A DNA stretch of 64,000 bases from an uncultured Phocaeicola sp. (GCA_947626525.1 CANQSM010000004.1:3080-67079), one strand, 5' to 3'; positions 10,460 to 21,040 are shown, counted from the stretch's first letter. The notes: generated from the sequence alone by a model not told the origin. Translations and numbers: made by a program.

Positions 10460-11263
10460 ATGAATCCTTATTTGAATTTTTCATTGGAAGGTAAAGTAGC
10501 TCTTGTTACAGGAGCATCTTACGGTATTGGTTTTGCTATCGCTTCGGCTTTTGCAGAGCAAGGTGCTAAAATTTGTTTTAACGATATCAATCAGGAACTG
10601 GTGGACAAAGGTTTGGCAGCGTATGAGGCTAAAGGTATCAAAGTGCATGGTTATGTATGCGATGTGACAGATGAGTCGGCCGTACAGGCGATGGTTGCAA
10701 CCATTGAAAAAGAAGTAGGTACTATTGATATTCTGGTGAACAATGCCGGAATCATCCGTCGTGTGCCGATGCATGAAATGGAGGCCGCTGATTTCCGTAA
10801 GGTAATTGATATCGACTTGAATGCTCCGTTTATTGTGTCAAAAGCCGTGTTGCCTGCTATGATGAAGAAGGGACATGGAAAAATTATCAATATTTGTTCT
10901 ATGATGTCTGAGTTGGGCCGTGAGACTGTTTCGGCTTATGCGGCGGCAAAAGGTGGTTTGAAAATGCTTACCCGCAATATTTGTTCCGAATATGGCGAAT
11001 ACAACATTCAGTGTAATGGCATTGGCCCGGGATATATTGCTACTCCTCAGACAGCTCCTTTGCGTGAGCCGCAAGCGGATGGTTCTCGTCACCCATTCGA
11101 TTCGTTCATCTGTGCGAAGACTCCAGCCGGACGTTGGTTGCAAGCAGAAGAACTGACAGGGCCTGCTGTATTCTTGGCATCAGAAGCATCGAATGCGGTA
11201 AATGGCCATATTCTTTATGTAGACGGCGGTATTTTGGCTTATATCGGCAAACAACCTAAATAA
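10460..11263 (+). CDS. kduD: SDR-family 2-deoxy-D-gluconate 3-dehydrogenase / gluconate 5-dehydrogenase
   Basis: 267 aa with TGASYGIG cofactor motif, NNAG, and YAAAK catalytic motif. It lies directly after kduI. Confidence 0.8.
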   Translation: MNPYLNFSLEGKVALVTGASYGIGFAIASAFAEQGAKICFNDINQELVDKGLAAYEAKGIKVHGYVCDVTDESAVQAMVATIEKEVGTIDILVNNAGIIRRVPMHEMEAADFRKVIDIDLNAPFIVSKAVLPAMMKKGHGKIINICSMMSELGRETVSAYAAAKGGLKMLTRNICSEYGEYNIQCNGIGPGYIATPQTAPLREPQADGSRHPFDSFICAKTPAGRWLQAEELTGPAVFLASEASNAVNGHILYVDGGILAYIGKQPK

Positions 11264-11271
11264 TAGGAAAG

Positions 11272-12516
11272 ATGAAAAAGTGTTTTATTTGGGTTGCAGC
11301 TTTGTTGATGGTGTGCGCTTGCGGACAAAAACAAGCCGTAACCGTTACGGTTGCCAACTCTACAGATTTGAATAGAGCCGATGAAATGGTAGAAGTCCCG
11401 ATGGATGATTTAAGTCAGAGGCTTCAGTTACCTGATACGGCAGAGGTGGTTGTGCTGGACCGAAATGGCCAGCAAGTTCCTTCCCAGGTTACCAGTGATG
11501 GAAAACTGATCTTTCCTGCTACGGTAGGAGCGAATGATTCGGTGGATTATACAATTCAAGCGGGAACGCCCATGACGGTAGAAACCAGTGCTTGTGGGCG
11601 CCAATATCCTGAGCGTGTGGATGATATTGCCTGGGAGAATGACAAAGTGGCTTTTCGTACTTACGGACCTGCATTGCAGGCTACGGGAGAACGGGCTTTC
11701 GGTTATGATGTATGGGTAAAGAATGTCCCGGAAATGGTCGTGGAAGCTCGTTATGCAAGTGAGTTGAATCCTGAGACAATGGCTAAAATCGCGGAGCTGA
11801 GAAAGACCGATCCGAAAGCGGCTGATGAATTGTATGAGTCGGTAAGTTATCACGTAGACCATGGAAACGGATTGGATTGTTATAAGGTAGGCCCTACATT
11901 AGGTGGTGGAACCGCGGCATTATTGGATCATGACGCTGCTATTGTTTATCCTTACTGTTACAAGGATTTTGAAATACTGGATAATGGACCGCTTCGTTTT
12001 AAGGTGAAACTGGTATATAATCCGTTGGTAGTGAATGGAGACTCGGATGTAGTGGAAACGCGTATTCTCTCACTGGATAAAGGTTCTCACCTGAATAAAA
12101 CGGTTGTATCTTATCAGAATCTGAATAATGCGACTCCTGTTGTGACAGGGCTGGTTATTCATCCGGAAAATCCGGAGGCTTATAAGGCTGAAGCGGAAAA
12201 AGGATACATTGCCTATCAGGATTTGACAGACAATGTAAATAATAACAACGGTGAAATCTATGTTGGTGCCGTCTTTCCGGCATTGGTGAAAGAGGCAAAG
12301 GCCGTATTGTTCTCCGAAAAAGAAAGCAAAGACGAACGTGGGGGAGCCACAGGTCATGTTTTAGCTGTTAGTGATTACAATCCTGATTCTGAGTATGTTT
12401 ATTATTGGGGATCGGGTTGGAGCAAAGCCGGTATGGACTCTATGGATAAGTGGACTGACTATTTGAATGAGTATGCTCAGAAAGTACGCCATCCATTGAC
12501 TGTGACATTAAAATAA
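11272..12516 (+). CDS. lipoprotein, probably DUF4861 family (pectin/uronate-cluster associated)
   Basis: 414 aa with lipobox LMVCAC. It is tightly linked to kduI/kduD and followed by a pectate lyase. The family name comes from memory of gene context and was not searched. Confidence 0.6.
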   Translation: MKKCFIWVAALLMVCACGQKQAVTVTVANSTDLNRADEMVEVPMDDLSQRLQLPDTAEVVVLDRNGQQVPSQVTSDGKLIFPATVGANDSVDYTIQAGTPMTVETSACGRQYPERVDDIAWENDKVAFRTYGPALQATGERAFGYDVWVKNVPEMVVEARYASELNPETMAKIAELRKTDPKAADELYESVSYHVDHGNGLDCYKVGPTLGGGTAALLDHDAAIVYPYCYKDFEILDNGPLRFKVKLVYNPLVVNGDSDVVETRILSLDKGSHLNKTVVSYQNLNNATPVVTGLVIHPENPEAYKAEAEKGYIAYQDLTDNVNNNNGEIYVGAVFPALVKEAKAVLFSEKESKDERGGATGHVLAVSDYNPDSEYVYYWGSGWSKAGMDSMDKWTDYLNEYAQKVRHPLTVTLK

Positions 12517-12574
12517 TGAAGTGATACATGAGGATAGCCGGCTCTTGTTTTGGCGAGGCTATCTTATATAAAGG

Positions 12575-12630
12575 ATTAACGCGGATTAGGCAATCTATTT
12601 GGTTGCAGAATCTGCGTTAATTTCTTTTTC
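12575..12630 (+). terminator. hairpin terminator after the DUF4861-like gene
   Basis: attaacgcggatt (12575-12587) pairs with aatctgcgttaat (12609-12621) with one G-U pair, followed by a T-rich run. Confidence 0.6.
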
Positions 12631-12811
12631 CGAATGGGTTTATTGCTTTCCAGGGAATTTTTGCTCCCCCCCTCTTATTTATGTTTTGTGGAGCAGCCGC
12701 GTCCGGACGAGAAAGAAGTCAGTTTTTGGAGATGTTCTCACATATATTTAGTAACTTGCGGCGTTTTCTGATGATTCATTCAGTGTGGTTGCATAGAAGA
12801 AAAGCAAATAA

Positions 12812-14233
12812 ATGATAAGGATGAAACAGATCTTGTTAGGTATCTTTTGCTGGTGCGGCCTTCAAGTCGCCGCCCGGCTTCCGGCTTTTCCCGGTGCGGA
12901 AGGGTATGGCAAGTACACCTCCGGCGGAAGAGGAGGTAAAGTGGTGGTGGTCACCAATCTGAACGACTCTGGCGAGGGAAGCCTCCGTTGGGCGTTGGGT
13001 AAGAATGAGCCCCGTGTGATTGTTTTCGCTGTAAGCGGATACATTGATTTGGAACGTTCGCTCGACATCAATAAAGGCAATGTGACGATTGCCGGACAGA
13101 CGGCTCCCGGGATGGGTATTTGTCTGCGCAACTATGGCCTGAAAGTCAAGGCAGATAATGTAATCATCCGTTATCTGAGAGTACGCCCGGGCGACAAGGT
13201 GGCGGGGGAGCAGGATGCTTTTACCTGTATCGGGCGCAAGGACGTTATCGTGGATCATTGCAGTTTCAGCTGGAGTAACGATGAGACGGCGACGGCTTAC
13301 GATAATGAGCGCTTTACCATGCAGTGGTGTCTCGTTTCCGAGAGTCTGAACTACTCCACACATTCTAAAGGCAGGCATGGCTTCGGGGGAATTTGGGGCG
13401 GCCGGGGCGCTTCGTTCCATCATAATCTGATGGCCAATCACGGCAGCCGTACCCCTCGTCTTTGCGGAAGCCGTTTTTCGGGCATGCCGGAGAAGGAGCG
13501 GGTGGACATCCGTAACAACGTGTTCTATAATTGGGGGCCGACGAATGGCATGTATGCCGGAGAGGGCGGAGTCTACAATATTGTGGACAACTATTTCAAA
13601 CCGGGGCCTTCCACGGCCACGAAGAAGCAGTTGGTTAACCGTATCTGCAATCCGAATTCCGATGACGGGAGCTTGAAGAATGCAAAGGGTACGTGGGGCC
13701 GTTTCTATATTGCAGGCAATTTCTTTGATGCGTCTTCGCCTCATCTTACCGAGGAGCATAAAGCGTTGATAGAGCTTGTCAATCAGGATAACTGGCGGGG
13801 AGTGGAGCCTCGTGCGAAAGAGCCCTGTTGGAAAGGAGCGGAAGCCATCCGCTCGGAACGGGAGTTTGAGGTCCCGGCTTATCCGATGGAATCTTCGTCT
13901 CAGGTTTTCGGAGAGGTGCTGGCTCGTGTAGGCGCTTCGTTGGTGCGTGATGCGGTGGACAATCGGGTGATAGCCGATGTGAAACGAGGCACGTTCTCTT
14001 TCCAGGGTTCTAAAGGAAGCATGAACGGACTGATTGACAGCCCGTCCGATGTAGGGGGATACCCGTCTTACCAGAATGTTGCCGCCCTTCCCGATACCGA
14101 CGGTGACGGTATGCCCGATAAGTGGGAGACCGCTCATGGCTTGAATCCGAGCGATGCGTCCGACAGTGCGGCCTGTATATTGGATGAAGGTTACACCAAT
14201 TTGGAAGTCTATTTGAATGGTCTGGTGAAGTGA
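12812..14233 (+). CDS. pectate lyase (PL1-like) with a C-terminal acidic Ca-binding-type repeat
   Basis: 473 aa with a signal peptide, the AFPGAEGYGKYTSGGRGGKVVVVTNLNDSGEGSLRWAL motif typical of Bacteroides pectate lyases, and a C-terminal DTDGDGMPDKWE repeat. Confidence 0.85.
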   Translation: MIRMKQILLGIFCWCGLQVAARLPAFPGAEGYGKYTSGGRGGKVVVVTNLNDSGEGSLRWALGKNEPRVIVFAVSGYIDLERSLDINKGNVTIAGQTAPGMGICLRNYGLKVKADNVIIRYLRVRPGDKVAGEQDAFTCIGRKDVIVDHCSFSWSNDETATAYDNERFTMQWCLVSESLNYSTHSKGRHGFGGIWGGRGASFHHNLMANHGSRTPRLCGSRFSGMPEKERVDIRNNVFYNWGPTNGMYAGEGGVYNIVDNYFKPGPSTATKKQLVNRICNPNSDDGSLKNAKGTWGRFYIAGNFFDASSPHLTEEHKALIELVNQDNWRGVEPRAKEPCWKGAEAIRSEREFEVPAYPMESSSQVFGEVLARVGASLVRDAVDNRVIADVKRGTFSFQGSKGSMNGLIDSPSDVGGYPSYQNVAALPDTDGDGMPDKWETAHGLNPSDASDSAACILDEGYTNLEVYLNGLVK

Positions 14234-14273
14234 TGCAACCGTTGCCGGACAGACAATTCCCGAGGAGGCTCTT

Positions 14274-15326
14274 TCAGTCCCAATCGGTTTTGGGTAGGCC
14301 TTCGGTTTCCAAGGAAGCAGGATTAGGCTTTTTCCGGAGGGCGCGTATATTCCGCATAAGTCCTTCGTATTTGGCGCGTTTCACGGCGGATCCCTTGAAT
14401 AACTCCCGGTAACGCTCTATGGAGAGGGTATTCCACTCCTCCGGCATCATACGCAGAAACGCTTCGGAGGCTTGTAGTTTGGGTTCGGCGGTCGGTCGGA
14501 CGAAGCGGTTCCAAGGACAACCCTGCTGGCAGCGGTCGCAGCCGTACACGCAGTTGCCCATTTGCTCTGCGGCATCTTCCGGAATCTCTCCTCTATGTTC
14601 AATAGTCAGGTAAGAAAGGCAACGGCCGGCATTCAGACGATAGGGGGCTTCCAATGCGTGGGTGGGGCATATCTCCAGACATTTGGAACAGTTCCCGCAG
14701 CGATTGGGGAGAGGCGTGTCGTGGCAAAGTGTGGTGTCTAAGAGTATCTCACCTAAAAAAAAGGTGGAACCGGCTTGTGGAATAATGAGTTGTGTATTTT
14801 TTCCTATCCATCCGAGTCCGGCTTTCCAAGCCCAGTACCGTTCCCATAGCGGTGCCGTATCACAAAATGCCTTTCCGTTTATTCCGGGGGATTGTTGACA
14901 GATACCGGAGAGCAATGCATGGAGCTTCTCTTTCATGATATCATGATAATCTTTACCATACGCGTACCAGGCAAACTGGTACTGTTCCTTTTTTAAGGCA
15001 ATCGGTGGATAATAGTTCAGTGCTACGCAGATGACACTCTGTGCGCCTTCCATCAGCAGACGGGGGTCGAGGCGTTTGTCTATATGGCTTGCCATGTAAG
15101 CCATTCCTGCTTGTTTCCCTTGCATAAGCCACTCCTGCAAAGTTTTTTGTGAGGCAGCGTCCACTTTGTCGGCATGGGCTATGCCACATGCGCCAAAGCC
15201 GAGGCGTAAGGCTTCGGCTTTGATATATTGGGAAAGGTCTTTTTGCATGGTTTCCATGATTACTTTGGCATTAAAATCTCCGGCTTTCTTTGTAGCCGGT
15301 AGGGATTGTTCGAAAGCTCTCTTCAT
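14274..15326 (-). CDS. queG: tRNA epoxyqueuosine(34) reductase
   Basis: Two 4Fe-4S motifs (CGNCSKCLEICP and CVYGCDRCQQGCPWN). The true start may be an internal Met (METMQKD, about 15257 or 15248). Confidence 0.85.
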   Translation of the reverse strand: MKRAFEQSLPATKKAGDFNAKVIMETMQKDLSQYIKAEALRLGFGACGIAHADKVDAASQKTLQEWLMQGKQAGMAYMASHIDKRLDPRLLMEGAQSVICVALNYYPPIALKKEQYQFAWYAYGKDYHDIMKEKLHALLSGICQQSPGINGKAFCDTAPLWERYWAWKAGLGWIGKNTQLIIPQAGSTFFLGEILLDTTLCHDTPLPNRCGNCSKCLEICPTHALEAPYRLNAGRCLSYLTIEHRGEIPEDAAEQMGNCVYGCDRCQQGCPWNRFVRPTAEPKLQASEAFLRMMPEEWNTLSIERYRELFKGSAVKRAKYEGLMRNIRALRKKPNPASLETEGLPKTDWD

Positions 15327-15333
15327 CCCGTGC

Positions 15334-15945
15334 TTAATCGAAAACCTTGAATGTATACCCTTGTCCCGACAACCATTCGATGGAACGAGGAAGAGCGTAT
15401 TTCAGATTCTGTTCGGATTTCAGAGAGTCGTGAAAGGTGATGATGGAGCCGTTGCGGGCGTATTGCTTCACTTTCTCGAACACCTCTTCTCCGTTGAGAT
15501 GCTTGCTGTAATCACGTGTCACCAAATCCCACATGACAATCTTGTATTTCCATTTCAATACTTCATACTGCAGCCAACGCATGTGACCGTGAGGCGGGCG
15601 GAACAAATTCGTTTGAAGTTTCTCATTCGCCTTTTCTGTATTGGTCATGTAGTTCTTGGTCAGGTATTCGAATCCGCGTATGTGATTGTAAGTATGGTTG
15701 CCGAGCCGGTGACCATGTGCTTTGACCATCTCGAATTCAAGGGGGTGTTTGCGTACATTGTCCCCTACCATAAAGAAAGTGGCCTTTATGCTGTATTGGT
15801 CCAATATGTTGAGTACCCAAGGTGTAACGTCTGGTATGGGACCGTCATCGAAGGTCAGGTAAACGGCTTTCTCGTTGGGGTTCATTCTCCATAGTGCGCC
15901 GGGATATAGCCAGCGCACTATTTGGGGTGGTTGTTCAATAAACAT
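15334..15945 (-). CDS. polysaccharide deacetylase-family protein
   Basis: 203 aa with the LTFDDGP and GNHTYNH motifs of NodB-type deacetylases. Confidence 0.85.
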   Translation of the reverse strand: MFIEQPPQIVRWLYPGALWRMNPNEKAVYLTFDDGPIPDVTPWVLNILDQYSIKATFFMVGDNVRKHPLEFEMVKAHGHRLGNHTYNHIRGFEYLTKNYMTNTEKANEKLQTNLFRPPHGHMRWLQYEVLKWKYKIVMWDLVTRDYSKHLNGEEVFEKVKQYARNGSIITFHDSLKSEQNLKYALPRSIEWLSGQGYTFKVFD

Positions 15946-15954
15946 TGTGTTTTT

Positions 15955-18900
15955 CTATTCTTCAGTTACACGTGTTTTGTATAAGGTGTACAGTTCGTTG
16001 AACTTTTTACTGTAATGCTCTGCCATACCCGACTTGCTCTGTCCGGTTGCCAGACTCTTGTTGGTTTCATCCAACAAATAGAGATGATACATACACTCTT
16101 CCAGATTTTCTCTTAGTCTGTTGTCGTTGAGATTCAGATACCAAGTAATGTATTCAACGGATTTATTGGCTATCGCATCCAATATCTTTTCTGCTTTGGC
16201 TGTTTCTCCCAGTTGCATGTAGGCTTTGGCCAATGTCATCGAACCGCTTTGGAAATCATGTGGCACCGTTTCGTTCGGAATCACCTGTTCGCAATAGTCG
16301 AGTGCCTTTAGTGCTTTCTCTTTCTTGCCTTCTTTCAACAGTTGGGTAATCAGCTGGCCAAACATGCGACGATGGGTATAGCACATGCGGGTAATGGTTT
16401 CATCGAGGTAAATATCCGGATTTTCAATGCCGCCGAACTTGAACTTATGCATCATGTTGTCGTACATTTTGTCCGTGTCGATGGCATATCCGTCGCGCAC
16501 ATTCTGCCCGTATCCCAGTTGCTGGAAGTTGAATGGAGTAATGCGGTAAGCCAACCCCTCTTGCAGGAAGAAAGGAGCCAGTCCCAGATGATTGTCTTCA
16601 CCTACTGTGGTAGCCATATAGATAGGACGCTCCCAGTTGGTGTTTGCCAACATCTCAAGCATCATCAGTTCATTTTTGTACAGTGCGCGTTTTTTCAAAG
16701 GAATCACCATCTTGTCGGGGATACTGTCTTTTAATGTGTCGGGAATCATCATGCCCGAACGTTCGATAGCCTCCTTATCCAGCGTGATGTACACCGTATC
16801 GGTAGGGATGAGGTGCAAATCTTCGTTCTTTGCCCGTACCCAATATTTCAGGATGTTCTTCAGTTCGAACGGTTCGTCGCCGAAGCTCTCTTTGGCGGCT
16901 TCCGGATTACGGACATACAGGTTGAGCACCTGTGCTTTGGCTTCTGGACGAATGGGAATGTATTCATTGGTTCCGGCTACGAACTCGATGCGGTCCCAGA
17001 GGATGGGTACTGATGGGGAATCATAGGCCGGACGACGCATTTGGTCGATGTACCAGTCGGTTTGCAGGTAACTGAGATTGCATACGCGTACGTCCGTACG
17101 GAATCCTTCCGTTTCCTGATTATACCAGAGCGGGAACGTGTCATTGTCTCCATTGGTGTAGATAATGGGTTTGCCTTCTTCCTGCACGCTCATCAGATAA
17201 TTTTGTCCAAAATCGCGGCAAGTGTAGCGTCCGCTACGGTCGTGGTCGTCCCACGTTTGGCTGGCCATCTGTATCGGGATACAGAGACAAAGCGCCGTTG
17301 CCAAGGTCGCGGCAGGCATACCGGATATTTTTTTGCGTAACAATTGCACGATGCCGGCCACGCCCATACCTATCCAGATGGCAAAAGCATAGAAGGAACC
17401 AGCATAAGCGTAATCCCGTTCACGTGGCTGCGCCGGTGTCTGGTTCAGATAGAGCACGATGGCGATACCTGTCATGAAGAACAGAAAAAATACTATCCAG
17501 AATTGCTGGATACCTCGGTTCCCCTTGTAGGCTTGCCAAAAGAGCCCGATGAGTCCGAGCAATAAAGGCAGACAGAAAAATACGTTATGCCCTTTGTTGT
17601 TCTTCAGGTCGGACGGGAGAAGTGTCTGGTCTCCCAATATCCGGTTGTCGATAAAAGGAATACCGGTTATCCAGTTGCCTTTCGTTGTTTCTCCATTTCC
17701 TTGTATGTCGTTTTGCCGTCCGGCGAAATTCCACATAAAGTAGCGCCAATACATGTAATTCAGCTGATAAGTGAAGAAGAATTTGATGTTGTCCCATTGG
17801 GTGGGCATTTTCACCATGACGGTGTTGCCACACTCATCGTAAGGTACTTGGTAACCTTCTATGCCTCCCAGCCACTCTTCGTACTGGTTGGCATGCTGGT
17901 CGCTGTGCATACGGGGGAAGAGCATATTTTGTGCGTAAACGTAATCGACTTTATGGCGGACGATTTCATAGCTGTCCTTCTCGTCCGGTGTGGCTTTCTC
18001 CTTGCGTTGGTATACCGGAGCGCCTTCTACCGCTACCGGCACACAATAGTTTCCTTCCGGTTTCAGTTTGATTTTGGAGGAATAGGCTTGTCCGTAGAAA
18101 AGCGGACGGGTACCGTATTGCTCACGTCCCAAATAATCGCCCAGTGTGAAGATGTCCTCCGGAGAGTTCTGATCCATCGGCGTGTTGGCGGTAGAACGGA
18201 TGACGATCAGTGCGTAGGAAGAGTACCCTACCATAATCATCATGATGCAAAGCAAAGAGGTATTCAGCGTACGTGCGCTTACCATGAACTTCTTGCCGAA
18301 TTTGCCGAACAGATAAAGCGACAGGAGGGCCAGTATGATAAGCCCTATGATAATGCTCCCCGTTCCGTGTCCATAGAAGGGGATACCCAGCAAGGCTATC
18401 GTGGCAACGAAAGCGATGTTCATCCGCTTACGGCTTTTTTCGGTATAGCTTTCGTGCACACCCCAGATAATGGAAGCAGTCAGCAGGATGATGTAAACGA
18501 TGACGCCGGTGTTGAACGGCATGCCGAGGCTATTGACAAACAGTAGCTCGAACCATCCGCCCACTTTTACAGCTCCCGGCACAATACCGTAGAGCACGGC
18601 GGCAACCAATATCATGGAACCGAGCAAGGCAAGTAACGAACCTTTCAGATTGGCGTTCGGATTCTTTTTATAGTAGTATACCAATACGATGGCCGGGATA
18701 CACAGCAGGTTGAGCAGATGTACGCCGATAGAGAGCCCTGTCAGGTAAGCAATCAGTACCAGCCAGCGGTCGCTGTGCGGCTCATCGGCTACGTCTTCCC
18801 ATTTAAGAATCAGCCAGAACACGATGGCTGTGAACAGGGAGGAATAGGCGTAGACTTCGCCTTCCACTGCACTGAACCAGAATGTGTCGCTGAATGTGTA

Positions 18901-19290
18901 AGCCAATGCGCCCACCAGCCCGGAGCCCATAATGGTAATCAGCTTGGCGGTGTTCATCCGTTCCATGTCCGGACAAACCAATTTGCGTACCAAATGCGTG
19001 ATGGTCCAAAAGAGGAAAAGGATACATCCTGCGCTCAGCAAGGCCGACATGGTGTTAACCATACGTGCCACTTGGTCCGGGTCGCTGACAAATTGTGAGA
19101 ACAAATTGGCGGTCAGCATGAAGAACGGTGCGCCGGGCGGGTGTCCGACTTCCAATTTATATCCGGTAGTAATAAACTCGGGGCAATCCCAGAAACTTGC
19201 GGTTGGTTCAATGGTCATGCAATAGACTATGGCTGCAATAAGAAAAGTAAACCAACCCATCAGGTTGTTGACTGTTTGGTATGTTTTCAT
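15955..19290 (-). CDS. large multi-pass membrane protein, DUF2723 / glycosyltransferase-like
   Basis: About 1111 aa with many TM helices, the N-terminal motif EPTASFWDCPEF, and C-terminal TPR-like helices. Start chosen at MKTYQTVNNLMGW. Confidence 0.8.
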   Translation of the reverse strand: MKTYQTVNNLMGWFTFLIAAIVYCMTIEPTASFWDCPEFITTGYKLEVGHPPGAPFFMLTANLFSQFVSDPDQVARMVNTMSALLSAGCILFLFWTITHLVRKLVCPDMERMNTAKLITIMGSGLVGALAYTFSDTFWFSAVEGEVYAYSSLFTAIVFWLILKWEDVADEPHSDRWLVLIAYLTGLSIGVHLLNLLCIPAIVLVYYYKKNPNANLKGSLLALLGSMILVAAVLYGIVPGAVKVGGWFELLFVNSLGMPFNTGVIVYIILLTASIIWGVHESYTEKSRKRMNIAFVATIALLGIPFYGHGTGSIIIGLIILALLSLYLFGKFGKKFMVSARTLNTSLLCIMMIMVGYSSYALIVIRSTANTPMDQNSPEDIFTLGDYLGREQYGTRPLFYGQAYSSKIKLKPEGNYCVPVAVEGAPVYQRKEKATPDEKDSYEIVRHKVDYVYAQNMLFPRMHSDQHANQYEEWLGGIEGYQVPYDECGNTVMVKMPTQWDNIKFFFTYQLNYMYWRYFMWNFAGRQNDIQGNGETTKGNWITGIPFIDNRILGDQTLLPSDLKNNKGHNVFFCLPLLLGLIGLFWQAYKGNRGIQQFWIVFFLFFMTGIAIVLYLNQTPAQPRERDYAYAGSFYAFAIWIGMGVAGIVQLLRKKISGMPAATLATALCLCIPIQMASQTWDDHDRSGRYTCRDFGQNYLMSVQEEGKPIIYTNGDNDTFPLWYNQETEGFRTDVRVCNLSYLQTDWYIDQMRRPAYDSPSVPILWDRIEFVAGTNEYIPIRPEAKAQVLNLYVRNPEAAKESFGDEPFELKNILKYWVRAKNEDLHLIPTDTVYITLDKEAIERSGMMIPDTLKDSIPDKMVIPLKKRALYKNELMMLEMLANTNWERPIYMATTVGEDNHLGLAPFFLQEGLAYRITPFNFQQLGYGQNVRDGYAIDTDKMYDNMMHKFKFGGIENPDIYLDETITRMCYTHRRMFGQLITQLLKEGKKEKALKALDYCEQVIPNETVPHDFQSGSMTLAKAYMQLGETAKAEKILDAIANKSVEYITWYLNLNDNRLRENLEECMYHLYLLDETNKSLATGQSKSGMAEHYSKKFNELYTLYKTRVTEE

Positions 19291-19324
19291 GAACGAATAA
19301 AGTTTCATTAACACTAACTAGTCG

Positions 19325-19332
19325 CAAAGATA
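19325..19332 (-). promoter_or_regulatory. -7 box TAtcTTTG (minus strand) upstream of the DUF2723 gene
   Basis: The plus strand reads caaagata, about 35 nt upstream of the chosen ATG at 19290. Confidence 0.45.
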
Positions 19333-19767
19333 CAACAAAGAAACGAAAGTGAGTGCGAAATGGGGAAAGAATGTTGTCTGTTAGCGATTCAACAGTGTTT
19401 GCCAAGATGTTGCGGTGCCATCAAAAGACAACGAAAAGTCAAGAAATGATAGAAATCATGTCATCAGACTATGATGCGATGAAAAGAATAGAGGCAGAGG
19501 GAAAGCTTGACGAATGGGTTGAAATGAGTATGCGGTTGGGCTTGTCGCAATGTAAATTCCTTGTAAAATATCGGCCATACAATAAATCTCTGTAACTTTA
19601 GAACTGAGAAATAGTGATAATCGTTTAAATGTTATAACTTGACATTGTAAATTTAATACTTTTATCACTATGTTTCTATTTAACAGCAGATTCCATCTAT
19701 CCTTATTTCGAACTTACGTTAAACATAAGTCAAAATCCAAACAAAATCATAATGAATAAACAGTTTT

Positions 19768-20979
19768 ATGACATCAATCAAATTAAAATTCAGAGCGCAT
19801 ACGGATAGCAAGAAAGAGGGGGCGTTGTATTTTCGAGTCATACACGACCGGGTAGTCAAGCAGGTTAAGACTGGCTATCGCATATTTGAATATGAGTGGG
19901 ATAAGCAACGTGGCGAGATTGTTAAAGAGTTTCCGCTATCGGCGGCACGAAACGAGGCATTGAAGATTCTCCGCGACAAGGTTTTGTGGGAGCAAAGGAA
20001 GTTGGGACAAATTGTCAAATCTTTTGAGAATATTGGCAAGCCATATACAGCCGGTGACATAATCCACCGCTACAAAGAATCAGCATCGGACAAAACGACC
20101 GTCTTTGAGTATATACATCATCAGTCGGAACGAATGAGGAAACTCGGCAGAGTGCGTACTAGCGAAACTTATCAGCAGACATTGCATAGTTTTATGCGGT
20201 TCCGCAAGGGTGTCGGTTTATATTTCGATATGCTCGATGCCGATATGGTCGAGCAATATGAGAGTTATATGCGGGCGAAGTGTTTGAGCCGTAATACGAC
20301 CTCCTTTTATATGCGGATTCTTCGATGTATTTATAACCGAGCTGTCGAAGATGGCCTTGTCCAGCAAAGCAATCCGTTCAAACGGGTTTATACCGGTGTA
20401 GATAAAACAGCCAAACGGGCCATATCGCTCAAAGAGATTAAGCGGATTAAGGAATTAGACCTTGCGAATAAACCAGATTTAGATTTCGCCCGCGATCTGT
20501 TTTTATTCTCGTTTTATCTTCGCGGCATGTCGTTCATCGACCTTGCCTATCTGCGCAAGAAAGACCTTGCGAACGGTTACGTTAACTATATCCGCAAAAA
20601 GACCGGGCAGCAACTTACGATTCGCTGGGAGCGGTCGATGCAGGAGATTATCGACAAATATCCTGAAAATCCGACACAGTGTCTGCTGCCAATCATCACG
20701 AAGCAGGACGGTATGGAGCGCAGACAGTATTTGAACAAGATTCTGTTTGTCAATCGGAAGTTGAAACTAATCGCCCGACAGGCGAAAATTTTCACGCCGC
20801 TGACGATGTATGTCAGCCGTCATAGTTGGGCAAGCATCGCCAAGTCGAAAAATGTTCCGTTAAGTGTCATCAGCGAGGGCATGGGACACGACAACGAAGA
20901 GACCACGCGCATCTATCTCGCCTCGATACATACCAACCAAATAGACGAAGCCAACAGTCGAATATTGAATGAATTATAG
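19768..20979 (+). CDS. tyrosine-type site-specific recombinase (integrase or DNA invertase)
   Basis: 403 aa. The N-terminal region resembles the arm-binding domain of Bacteroides integrases. The C-terminal catalytic signature is SRHSWAS...GMGHDNEETTRIYL (R, H-x-x-R, H, Y). Confidence 0.9.
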   Translation: MTSIKLKFRAHTDSKKEGALYFRVIHDRVVKQVKTGYRIFEYEWDKQRGEIVKEFPLSAARNEALKILRDKVLWEQRKLGQIVKSFENIGKPYTAGDIIHRYKESASDKTTVFEYIHHQSERMRKLGRVRTSETYQQTLHSFMRFRKGVGLYFDMLDADMVEQYESYMRAKCLSRNTTSFYMRILRCIYNRAVEDGLVQQSNPFKRVYTGVDKTAKRAISLKEIKRIKELDLANKPDLDFARDLFLFSFYLRGMSFIDLAYLRKKDLANGYVNYIRKKTGQQLTIRWERSMQEIIDKYPENPTQCLLPIITKQDGMERRQYLNKILFVNRKLKLIARQAKIFTPLTMYVSRHSWASIAKSKNVPLSVISEGMGHDNEETTRIYLASIHTNQIDEANSRILNEL

Positions 20980-21005
20980 AGGAAAATCTGTTCGGAATAA
21001 TCGCG

Positions 21006-21028
21006 CTATCTCTCCGTAAGAGATAGTC
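21006..21028. repeat. IR-L of the invertible segment (ctatctct-ccgta-agagatag-tc)
   Basis: Exact reverse complement of 21313-21335. It is internally palindromic, with 8-bp arms and a 5-nt asymmetric core. Confidence 0.95.
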
Positions 21029-21040
21029 ATATTGCGTGGG

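Noticed and set aside
12836-14137. 433-aa ORF on the minus strand
   Set aside because: It lies entirely antisense to the well-supported pectate lyase gene. Its composition is rich in Arg, His, Pro and Ser, with no recognisable motifs. This is a typical shadow ORF.
17587-18546. 319-aa plus-strand ORF, along with several other 60-130-aa ORFs between 16342 and 19225
   Set aside because: All are antisense or out of frame within the 1111-aa DUF2723 membrane protein gene and have no independent support.
19353-19595. 80-aa ORF between the DUF2723 gene and the recombinase gene
   Set aside because: I found no motif, no convincing promoter or start context, and several equally plausible internal starts. 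It might be a small accessory (Xis-like) protein, but the sequence gives no support for that.
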